Part shown: positions 8,173 through 15,922 of the stretch, in pieces
Position numbering within the stretch: the stretch's first letter is position 1
Layout of the letters: every line of letters starts with the position of its first letter
Assembly (NCBI GenBank): GCA_027319565.1
Contig: DAHVNA010000032.1
Location: 1-24,041 of the forward strand
DNA: 24,041 bases
DNA from: Elusimicrobiota bacterium
GTDB lineage: Bacteria; Elusimicrobiota; Elusimicrobia; UBA1565; UBA9628
Direction: 5' to 3'
Notes under the pieces: generated by a model
Databases searched by the model: none
Told to the model about the DNA's origin: nothing
The model's input: only the letters and a program-made list of their open reading frames with translations
Position numbers and translations under genes: made by a program

Positions 8173-9708
8173 ATGGAGAAAAAAGAAACGATGACCGAAA
8201 ACCGAAAAAAGGGAAGCTTCTTAAAAATCGCCCGCGTTGGCCTTGTGGCTTATTTTGTTCTTTTTGCCTTGTGGCAACTTCCGCCGCTGGTCCATGGACT
8301 GCGCCATCTTTGCCCCTTGCGCTCGGACGGAATTCAAGAAACTCTCGCGATTCCCAGCTTCGCCAGGCAAACCGGTTTTGCCTGCGAAGTTTGTCATACG
8401 GTTTTCCCAGAACTGACTCCCTTCGGTCGCCGCTTTAAGCTCAACGGATATACGCTCACGACCAAGCCGGCGGACGTTTCCGACACGAGCGTCACTAGTA
8501 GCACCGAGTCCGCCAAAAGAAATCTCGCTCTCAGCTACGTCTCACCGCTTTCTTATGATGTCCAGATTGCCTACTCTAAATACAATCAAGCTCCTCCTGA
8601 TCCAAAGGCCGGAAAAACGGGCGGACCGCCGGCCGGATCCCAAGCTGCGGGAGATGCCTTTTTATTTCCAGAACAGGTCAGTCTCTATTACGCCGGAAGA
8701 GTCACCGACGATATCGGCACATGGATTCAAATGACCTACAGCAATGTCTCTGGAACCTTAGGGATAGACAATACGGAATTACGCTATACTCATCACAGCA
8801 CAGACAGAAAATGGCTGTGGGGAACCTTTGTCAACAACACCCCAGGAATGGAAGACGTCTATAATACCGGGCTTACGGCTTGGGGAATTCCGGCATTCAA
8901 CGTCCCAAGCCTTTACAGTTTTGGAACGGGAACCGGAGGGGGGCTGCGCGGACCCTTGTATCAGAGCGGAACCTTTACCAATTCCGCCGGAGGAGGGGAA
9001 TACCTTTGGTATAACGACTCACTTTATGTGGAGTTCGCCGGATATCATTCCGGGATGCCGGGGAGTATCGCGGCCGACAACACCAATCTCAATGCCACGG
9101 GCGCCTTGGGGGCCATTAGCGGCGTCGCTCCAAAAGCGCGCGTTTCATATGAGGAGGACTGGGGTCGCAACGCTCTTGAGGTTGGAGCAATGGCCATGGA
9201 CACCGAATTTATCCCTCCGGCTATTGGCGTAGCCAGCGTCAATTCGCCGACAACGGCCAACCAGTATCTCGACACGGGTTTTGACTGGCAATACCAGTAT
9301 ATTGGAGATGAAAATATATTTAGTTTTATCGGCAGCGGCGTCAACGAGAGACAATCCAACAACCCGATGTTCGTGGAGTCGGGCCTTTACTCCAACGCGA
9401 TTGATAACCTTTACCAGACTTCCGTCACCGCCGAGTACTACTATAAGCGCAAATATGGAGGATTGGTCAATTTTGTCAACACGACAGGGACCAAAGACGC
9501 TTTGATGAATGGGGCCAACGGCGCGCCCAACAATCAGTATTGGGTCTTTGAACTCGATTATATGCCGTGGTTGAATACCAAGTTCATTTTGCAGTATGAC
9601 CTCTACACCGTTGTAGATGGAAATCAAAGTCCCTTTTATGGAGCGGTCGCATCCACGAAAGCGTCTGACAACAACACACTGGTCCTTGGCTTATGGATGG
9701 ACTTTTAA
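8173..9708 (+). CDS. cyc2: Cyc2-family outer-membrane monoheme cytochrome-porin fusion (putative iron oxidase, cluster-3-like)
   Basis: N-terminal signature IPSFARQTGFACEVCHTVFPELTPFGRRFKLNGY with CxxCH at 8383-8397. The remainder is aromatic/Gly-rich beta strands ending in LVLGLWMDF (terminal Phe beta-signal). The start could also be ATG 8191. Confidence 0.85.
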   Translation: MEKKETMTENRKKGSFLKIARVGLVAYFVLFALWQLPPLVHGLRHLCPLRSDGIQETLAIPSFARQTGFACEVCHTVFPELTPFGRRFKLNGYTLTTKPADVSDTSVTSSTESAKRNLALSYVSPLSYDVQIAYSKYNQAPPDPKAGKTGGPPAGSQAAGDAFLFPEQVSLYYAGRVTDDIGTWIQMTYSNVSGTLGIDNTELRYTHHSTDRKWLWGTFVNNTPGMEDVYNTGLTAWGIPAFNVPSLYSFGTGTGGGLRGPLYQSGTFTNSAGGGEYLWYNDSLYVEFAGYHSGMPGSIAADNTNLNATGALGAISGVAPKARVSYEEDWGRNALEVGAMAMDTEFIPPAIGVASVNSPTTANQYLDTGFDWQYQYIGDENIFSFIGSGVNERQSNNPMFVESGLYSNAIDNLYQTSVTAEYYYKRKYGGLVNFVNTTGTKDALMNGANGAPNNQYWVFELDYMPWLNTKFILQYDLYTVVDGNQSPFYGAVASTKASDNNTLVLGLWMDF

Positions 9709-9717
9709 GGAGGCAAA

Positions 9718-10653
9718 ATGGAGAATAACATGAAAAAATTTAAAGTTTTAGCTTCCTTGGCCTTGTTTATCTCTTTCGCAATGGCGCTCTCAAACTATTC
9801 CGTGCGCGCCGACGATAATTTCTCGTCTCCCGATGAAAGGCCCTTTAATCCGGCCTCTCATGACGCGCATTTACTTATCGACCGCGCCTGCTCTGTCTGT
9901 CATGGAGTCAACGGAATCAGCAAATGGCCGTTTGTCCCGAATCTGGCCGCTCAAGATGAAACCTATTTGGAAAGCCAGCTTAAGGCTTTTCGGATGCGCG
10001 CTCGCGCCGACAGATACGCCCAAGCGGAAATGTGGGGAATGGCGCAACCTTTAACCGACAGCGAAATTAAGGCCATCGCCGAATATTTTTCAAACTTAAA
10101 AGCTCCGCCGGGAAGAAGTTCAGAACTCTCGCTGGCGGCGGCTTATTTTGGAGAAAACATTTTCAAACATGGATTTCCAAGAAGAAAGGTGCCCGCCTGC
10201 AACACCTGCCATAAACTCAACGGAGAGGGGGATACGGATATTCCGCGCTTGGCCGGCCAACACGCCGATTATATTGAAAGGGAATTAAGAGAGTTCCGCA
10301 ACGGGTTCCGCTCAAACGATATCATGCATTTTATCGCTCAGAATATGACCAATAACGAGATTCAGGCCATTTCTCTTTACCTGTCATCTCTTCATACTCC
10401 GGGACTCGCGGAACAGGCGCAAGCCGCGACAGCCACGACAAGCGCAGCTCCCGCAGTCGTAGCCTCGGCTCAGTCGGCTCCGGCATCCTCGGCAGAAGCA
10501 GGAGCGCCAGAAGCCGCGCCTGCTTCCACCCACAAAAAGTTCATGTTTTTCACCACCTCGGATAATCAAAACCTCAAATGCCAATTGGTTTCAGGCTCCG
10601 ATCAGAAGATGAAACTTAATTGCGCTTTCCTTAAAAAGAGCGCCAATCTCTAA
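9718..10653 (+). CDS. Diheme cytochrome c4 (Cyc1-like) with an Ala/Pro linker and a C-terminal two-Cys module
   Basis: AGGAGG RBS and signal peptide; CSVCH and CNTCH heme sites, followed by PNLAAQ...YLESQL and PRLAGQ...YIEREL respectively, each with a distal Met. Confidence 0.9.
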   Translation: MENNMKKFKVLASLALFISFAMALSNYSVRADDNFSSPDERPFNPASHDAHLLIDRACSVCHGVNGISKWPFVPNLAAQDETYLESQLKAFRMRARADRYAQAEMWGMAQPLTDSEIKAIAEYFSNLKAPPGRSSELSLAAAYFGENIFKHGFPRRKVPACNTCHKLNGEGDTDIPRLAGQHADYIERELREFRNGFRSNDIMHFIAQNMTNNEIQAISLYLSSLHTPGLAEQAQAATATTSAAPAVVASAQSAPASSAEAGAPEAAPASTHKKFMFFTTSDNQNLKCQLVSGSDQKMKLNCAFLKKSANL

Positions 10654-10684
10654 ATTCCACAGAGGGGACCAGCTCTAATTTTTA

Positions 10685-10690
10685 TATAAT
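10685..10690 (+). promoter_or_regulatory. -10 element (TATAAT) ahead of the small lipoprotein/resB/ccsA unit
   Basis: Perfect TATAAT ending 6 nt before GTG 10697; no clear -35. Confidence 0.4.
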
Positions 10691-10696
10691 GGGGCT

Positions 10697-10876
10697 GTGA
10701 ACGTTCTGCGCCGTTGGAGTTTCTTGTTGTGTCTAGGACTTGTCTCCGCGTGTAAAAGCAAGCCGCCCGTCGTCTCCGTTTACAAAATTCCAAAGGGAAA
10801 CACCGAAATTCAAGCCGCCAAATTTGAACGCATGGCGTCCATGCTGAAAGAAAAAAGACTCCATGGACAAAATTAA
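10697..10876 (+). CDS. 59-aa putative lipoprotein, not in the ORF track
   Basis: Manual translation from GTG: MNVLRRWSFLLCLGLVSA-CKSKPPVVSVYKIPKGNTEIQAAKFERMASMLKEKRLHGQN*. It has a basic n-region, hydrophobic h-region and LVSAC lipobox, fills the intergenic gap and overlaps the resB start by 14 nt. Confidence 0.6.
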   Translation: MNVLRRWSFLLCLGLVSACKSKPPVVSVYKIPKGNTEIQAAKFERMASMLKEKRLHGQN

Positions 10877-12023
10877 GTTCGCGGCAAGGGAATTTTTTGA
10901 TTTCCTGTCTTCTCTTGAGCTCACCTTAGCCGGGCTTGGAGCGTTGGCTCTTTTAGTCTTTTTATGCACTCTCGGCGAGGTTCAATTAGGGGTCTATGAC
11001 TCCGTCAAAATTCATTTCAACAGCTGGTTTCTCTATTCACGCCCGCTCATCTATGGATACCGAATTCCGCTTTTCCCGGCCGGGAAACTGGTCGGAGTCG
11101 CTTTAATCGCCAATCTTTTATTCGCTCATTTTAAAAGGCTGACCCTGTCTTACAAAAAAATAGGCCTTTGGCTGACCCACCTGGGATTAATTATTCTTTT
11201 CGTGGGTCAATTTCTCACCGGAAGATTTGCTCGCGAAAGCCAGATGACTATCAAGGAAAACACCGCTAAAAACTATAGCGAAGATCCCAGACATTCTGAG
11301 CTCGATCTCATTGACGCAACAGACCCTAAGACTGACACCATCTATTCCATCCCTCAGCGGCTTTTAAAAACGGGACAAACTATTCATTTGCCCAATCAGA
11401 TGGCCTTGGTTATCAAACACTACGCTCAAAACGCCGCCGTTGATATCCGCAAAAATAACGACGGCCCGTTTCCGGATTATTCTCAGATTAAAGGACCGGG
11501 GAAAAATCTTGAGATCATCGATATGCCGTTAAGTCATGAGGACAACCAGCCTAATATGCCGGCGACCTTGGTCCAAGTTTTGGATGAAGGAAAGATTTTG
11601 GGAAATTGGCAGTTCTCCGATATGATTCCTCTTCCGCAAAAGATTCCAGTGAAAGGAAAAGAAATTTATTTGGTGCTTAGACCCAAGCGCTATTATTTTC
11701 CTTTTTCTCTTTTCTTAAAAAAGTTTACCCATAAAATTTATACCGGCACCTCCATCCCCAGCCGATTTTCAAGCCTGATTCATATTGAAGACACTACCTC
11801 TCCATTAGAGAATCGAAACACGCTGATATCAATGAACCATCCCCTGCGCTTTCAAGGCCTCACCTTTTACCAAGCTTCCTACGCGCAAAACGATACGGTT
11901 TCCATTCTCCAAGTCGTTCATAACCCCAGCTGGACCATTCCCTATATTTCTTCTTTTCTCGTGGCGCTGGGACTCATCATTCATTTTCTCCTTCGGCTTA
12001 AACAGGCTAAGTTCATTCCATGA
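10863..12023 (+). CDS. resB: ResB/CcsB-like System II cytochrome c biogenesis protein
   Basis: FLSSLELT N-terminus, three N-terminal TMs with WLTHLG His, a large periplasmic domain with PFSLFLKKF, ISMNHPLRFQGLTFYQASY and a C-terminal TM; ATGA overlap with ccsA. Confidence 0.85.
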   Translation: MDKIKFAAREFFDFLSSLELTLAGLGALALLVFLCTLGEVQLGVYDSVKIHFNSWFLYSRPLIYGYRIPLFPAGKLVGVALIANLLFAHFKRLTLSYKKIGLWLTHLGLIILFVGQFLTGRFARESQMTIKENTAKNYSEDPRHSELDLIDATDPKTDTIYSIPQRLLKTGQTIHLPNQMALVIKHYAQNAAVDIRKNNDGPFPDYSQIKGPGKNLEIIDMPLSHEDNQPNMPATLVQVLDEGKILGNWQFSDMIPLPQKIPVKGKEIYLVLRPKRYYFPFSLFLKKFTHKIYTGTSIPSRFSSLIHIEDTTSPLENRNTLISMNHPLRFQGLTFYQASYAQNDTVSILQVVHNPSWTIPYISSFLVALGLIIHFLLRLKQAKFIP

Positions 12024-13831
12024 AGAAAGAAAAAACCGCGAAAAAAAATTCTCTTCTCTTAAATCTATTGGTGTTAGCCGCTCTTCTGTGGGCTTTTTTC
12101 CCAACTTTTCCTCGCTCGAGTTCCGGCATCCAATTATCTTTATTTTCCCAATTTCCCGTTTTACAGGAAGGCCGCGTCAAACCCTTGGATACGGTCTCGC
12201 GCAGCTCTCTTTTGATGCTCAGCCACAAAGAAAGCGTCTCAACTAAGGAAGAAGAAATCTCTTCCTCAAAATGGCTGCTTGATTTAATCAGCCGCCCCGC
12301 GATTGCAGACCAAGAAAAAGTCTTCTGCATCGACAATCTAGACGTTCTCGGTTTTCTAAACCTGCCTCAAAACGCCCAGCGCTATTTTTCTTTTAATCAA
12401 CTCGCCCCTTCATGGGACAGGCTTGAAAAAAAAGCGGATTCCATCGAAAAAATTCCGGCGAAATCGCGCTCTTCTTTCGAATCGGCTCTCTTGGAATTGG
12501 AAGAACAAATGGTTCTTTACCAGCGTCTCAAATTCAGCCTCGAGATTCCAGAACTCCCCGACTCCTTGCCTTCTATTCTTCTCAAAAACCCGCAAGCCAT
12601 CGCCAAAGACAAGCGCATCCAAAAAGAGCTCTCCGATGTCTTAACCCGTTCTAATTTTATCGATCAATCGGCATACTTTTGGGCCATCCCGGTTTCTTCC
12701 GGCAGCCAGTACGCCTGGATTAGTTCTGGAAAAGCCATCGGCCAATTGTTGACCCAGGGAACGCTTTCAAGCCCGCTTCTCTTTTATCACCAAATGGAAG
12801 ACGCGAGAAAAACTGGCGACCCCGCCGCTTTTAACGCCGCCGCAAACTCCTACCGCCAGTGGCTCGAAAAAAACCGCCCGTCCCAATGGAGGTGGAGCCG
12901 CTACGAAGAAATTTTTAACGCCGTCTCTCCTTTTTGGAAAGGCCTGGTCCTCTATTTTATTGTTTTTATCCTGCTCGCGATTTCGTGGGTGATTGCGCCC
13001 GAAATTTTAACGAGACTTTCCATGCGGCTTTTGGTCGTAGCTTGGATCGTCCATTCCTTTGGAATTCTATGTCGCATCGTCATCCAAGGCCGCCCACCGG
13101 TGACCAATCTTTATTCTTCCGCCGTTTTTATCGGCTGGGTCGCGGTTTTGCTTTGCTGGATCCTCGAAAAAAAGTTTCCCAAGGGCTTTGCCGCGATGAC
13201 GGCTTCCATCATCGGCTTTACCACTTTAATCATCGCCCATCATTTAGCGATGACCGGCGACACCATGGAAATGATGCGCGCGGTTTTAAACTCTAACTTC
13301 TGGCTTTCGACGCACGTCTCATCGATCACCGTCGGATACGCCTCGACTTTTGTCGCGGGAACGCTAGGGATTCTCTATATTCTCAAGGGCGTTTTAACCC
13401 CTTCGTTGGATAAAGAGGCCGCTAAAGCCTTGGTTCAAATGACTTATGGAATTATTTGTTTTAGCCTTCTTTTTAGTTTTGTCGGAACGGTTTTAGGAGG
13501 GATTTGGGCCGATCAATCCTGGGGAAGATTTTGGGGTTGGGACCCCAAAGAAAACGGAGCTTTGCTCATTGTCTTATGGAACGCCATCATTCTTCACGCG
13601 CGCTGGGGGGGATTTATCCGGGAACGAGGGCTGATGGTCATGGCCGTTTTAGGCAATGTCATCACCAGCCTTTCTTGGTTTGGAGTCAATATGCTGGGAA
13701 TCGGACTTCACTCTTATGGTTGGATGGATAAAGCGTTTTTTTGGCTGTCCATTTTTATTCTAAGCCAGCTCGCCATCGCCGCTTTAGGCGGGCTGCCGGC
13801 GCCTTATTGGAAAAGCAAGCTTCAATCTTAA
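12020..13831 (+). CDS. ccsA: CcsA/ResC cytochrome c synthase with a long N-terminal periplasmic extension
   Basis: WWD motif GGIWADQSWGRFWGWDPKE; His residues in WIVHS, WLSTHV and GLHSY; PVTNLYSS; GRVKPLDT in the N-terminal part. Confidence 0.92.
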   Translation: MKKEKTAKKNSLLLNLLVLAALLWAFFPTFPRSSSGIQLSLFSQFPVLQEGRVKPLDTVSRSSLLMLSHKESVSTKEEEISSSKWLLDLISRPAIADQEKVFCIDNLDVLGFLNLPQNAQRYFSFNQLAPSWDRLEKKADSIEKIPAKSRSSFESALLELEEQMVLYQRLKFSLEIPELPDSLPSILLKNPQAIAKDKRIQKELSDVLTRSNFIDQSAYFWAIPVSSGSQYAWISSGKAIGQLLTQGTLSSPLLFYHQMEDARKTGDPAAFNAAANSYRQWLEKNRPSQWRWSRYEEIFNAVSPFWKGLVLYFIVFILLAISWVIAPEILTRLSMRLLVVAWIVHSFGILCRIVIQGRPPVTNLYSSAVFIGWVAVLLCWILEKKFPKGFAAMTASIIGFTTLIIAHHLAMTGDTMEMMRAVLNSNFWLSTHVSSITVGYASTFVAGTLGILYILKGVLTPSLDKEAAKALVQMTYGIICFSLLFSFVGTVLGGIWADQSWGRFWGWDPKENGALLIVLWNAIILHARWGGFIRERGLMVMAVLGNVITSLSWFGVNMLGIGLHSYGWMDKAFFWLSIFILSQLAIAALGGLPAPYWKSKLQS

Positions 13832-13872
13832 TTTTCGCTTCTTCTAAATACAAAAATCCACAAAAGATTCCC

Positions 13873-13901
13873 TTGACACTCCCGAGAATAGATGTTATAT
13901 T
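13873..13901 (+). promoter_or_regulatory. Strong sigma70-type promoter of the chemosensory operon
   Basis: TTGACA (13873-13878), 17-nt spacer, extended -10 TG-t-TATATT (13893-13901). Confidence 0.75.
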
Positions 13902-13937
13902 CATAAAGGTCTAGTTGAGTAAACTTATTCCATATTC

Positions 13938-14999
13938 ATGGCGAAAATATTGGTCGTTGATGACTCAAATCTGATGCGACAACTGGCCTCAGGCTATTTA
14001 AATAAACTGGGACACGAGGTCACGGAAGCGGCCGACGGCCAAGCCGCCGTAGACCTCATCAGAAGTAAGCCCTTTGATCTCATCCTCCTCGATCTTAATT
14101 TGCCGCATGTCTCAGGCTTTGAGATATGCCAAATCGCCCGCAAGGAAGGAAAATCTTTTCCTATTTTAATTACGAGTTCTTCTCAAGGATATAGCCCCTG
14201 GGTTCACCAACTGGCAAACGGTTTTTTGTTTAAGCCTTACTCAGAAGCCATTTTGCGCTCAAAAGTGGACACCCTTTTGGGTGCGGAAGGACCTTCTCCA
14301 GTTTTTTTGACCTCCGCGTGGAACTCTCCTGAAACCTTTATTCATCACCTTCGCAGCAATATTGGCAGTCTGCCGGGCCTCATTGACTTTTTTTTGAGTA
14401 AAAAAGAAGACAAAGCTCTGGCAGAAAGAACCTTCCGCTTAGTCAAACAAGCCGTTGAGCAAGGGGTTAAACTTCTCGATAGCTATTCCGAGATCATGCG
14501 CCCTCTTACCTTGGAAAAGACTCCTGTCGCGGTCGATTCCTATCTCAAAGAAGTGGTTTCGCGGCACTCCGTATCCCAAACGCCTAAAATAACCCTGCGC
14601 TGGGAAATCGACGCTCCCGGCCTTGTTCCCGTATTACTTGACGCGAAATGGATGGAACGCGCGATTAAAGAAATTCTTAATAACGCCCAAGAAGCGATGG
14701 AAGAGGCCGGAGGAATCTTAAGCCTTGGAGTTTATGCCGATCGCATGCACTCTTCGGTTTATATATCCATTCAGGATCAAGGTCCGGGCATTACCGCCTA
14801 CGCCCAAGAGCATTGTTTTGAACCATTTTTTACTTTAAAAAAAGATCATTCCGGCTTAGGCCTTAGCTGGGCGGAAAAAATAGTTTTGGCGCACGAGGGA
14901 GTCATCACGCTCTCTTCTTCTGGAAATGCTGGCACTTGCGTTCTCATTCGCCTGCCTCACTCACAGAATTTAAAGACGGCGCCTAAAGCGGTTAAATAG
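13938..14999 (+). CDS. Cytoplasmic hybrid response regulator-histidine kinase (REC-HisKA-HATPase), no sensor domain
   Basis: REC motifs ILVVDD, LILLDLNLP and KP. Divergent H-box FIHHLRS, N-box ILNNAQEA, G1 DQGPGI, F-box CFEPFFT, G2 SGLGL. Confidence 0.85.
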   Translation: MAKILVVDDSNLMRQLASGYLNKLGHEVTEAADGQAAVDLIRSKPFDLILLDLNLPHVSGFEICQIARKEGKSFPILITSSSQGYSPWVHQLANGFLFKPYSEAILRSKVDTLLGAEGPSPVFLTSAWNSPETFIHHLRSNIGSLPGLIDFFLSKKEDKALAERTFRLVKQAVEQGVKLLDSYSEIMRPLTLEKTPVAVDSYLKEVVSRHSVSQTPKITLRWEIDAPGLVPVLLDAKWMERAIKEILNNAQEAMEEAGGILSLGVYADRMHSSVYISIQDQGPGITAYAQEHCFEPFFTLKKDHSGLGLSWAEKIVLAHEGVITLSSSGNAGTCVLIRLPHSQNLKTAPKAVK

Positions 15000-15019
15000 C
15001 AAGAGGGGAGGAAATTATT

Positions 15020-15436
15020 ATGGCATGGTTTCAAAATCGCACAAAGCCGATGATCTTGCATGTAGACGATGAACACATTATCTTGTCAACCGTCAAATTA
15101 ATCTTGGAAAGTTTAGGCCTTGACGTCATTCAAGCCACTACCGGCCCGGATGCCATTAAAATCGCGGAAAAAGAAAGCCCCTCGGTTATTCTGCTTGACG
15201 CCCGAATGCCGGTCATGGACGGCTATGAAACCTGCATCAAATTAAAGAGAGATCCCAAAACCAAAGACATTCCCGTCATCATGCTCACGGGACTCGACGC
15301 CGTCAAAGATGTCGAGAAAGCGATGGCCTGCGGCGCCGACAGCTATATCGTCAAACCTATTGAAAGAAATCGCCTCAAGGCTAAGCTTGAAAACTTCATC
15401 AAACTCGCGCCCGCAAATGAACCCAAAAAATCTTAA
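15020..15436 (+). CDS. Single-domain response regulator (CheY-like), copy 1
   Basis: LHVDD, ILLDARMP, VIMLT and YIVKP motifs; GGGGAGG RBS. Confidence 0.9.
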   Translation: MAWFQNRTKPMILHVDDEHIILSTVKLILESLGLDVIQATTGPDAIKIAEKESPSVILLDARMPVMDGYETCIKLKRDPKTKDIPVIMLTGLDAVKDVEKAMACGADSYIVKPIERNRLKAKLENFIKLAPANEPKKS

Positions 15437-15466
15437 GTTAAAAATGTCTATAAATATAAATGTTTT

Positions 15467-15475
15467 TGCTAGAAT
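15467..15475 (+). promoter_or_regulatory. Possible internal extended -10 promoter
   Basis: TG-c-TAGAAT in the AT-rich gap before the second receiver gene. Confidence 0.4.
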
Positions 15476-15505
15476 GGGTCTAAAGAACGCGTAAGGGAGA
15501 AAACT

Positions 15506-15919
15506 ATGGCTTGGTTTGGAAGCGGCAGCCGGACAAGACCTTTGATTGTTCATGTGGATGATTCCCAAACCGTATTGGCGGTAACAAAGCTGATGCTTGA
15601 ATCTCTTGGTTATGACGTCGTCCAAGCCACCAGCGGAATGGAAGGCATCAAACTCGCGGAAAAAGAAAAACCCTCCTTGATTTTGCTGGACGCAATGATG
15701 CCGGGACTCGACGGATTTGAAACCTGCGTTTCCATTAAACGAAATCCAAAGCTCCAAGGAGTTCCGGTGATCATGGCCACCGGAGCTGATTCGGTTAAAG
15801 ACGTCGAAAAAGCGATGGCCTGCGGCGCCGACAGCTATATCGTCAAACCCTTGCAGCAAGACAGGCTTAAGACAAAATTGGAAGGTTTTATCAAACCGAA
15901 GCCTTCCCAGGCGGCTTAG
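15506..15919 (+). CDS. Single-domain response regulator (CheY-like), copy 2
   Basis: VHVDD, ILLDAMMP, VIMAT and YIVKP motifs; clear paralog of the preceding gene. Confidence 0.9.
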   Translation: MAWFGSGSRTRPLIVHVDDSQTVLAVTKLMLESLGYDVVQATSGMEGIKLAEKEKPSLILLDAMMPGLDGFETCVSIKRNPKLQGVPVIMATGADSVKDVEKAMACGADSYIVKPLQQDRLKTKLEGFIKPKPSQAA

Positions 15920-15922
15920 GTC

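Noticed and set aside
10654..10684. Possible terminator after the c4 gene
   Set aside because: Only a 4-bp stem (AGAG/CTCT) precedes the T run, too weak to call.
10733..10969. 78-aa minus-strand ORF in the c4-resB gap
   Set aside because: It overlaps resB antisense; the plus-strand lipobox ORF explains the gap better.
15020..15919. Assigning the symbol cheY to the receivers
   Set aside because: They resemble generic stand-alone REC proteins; motor binding cannot be inferred from sequence.
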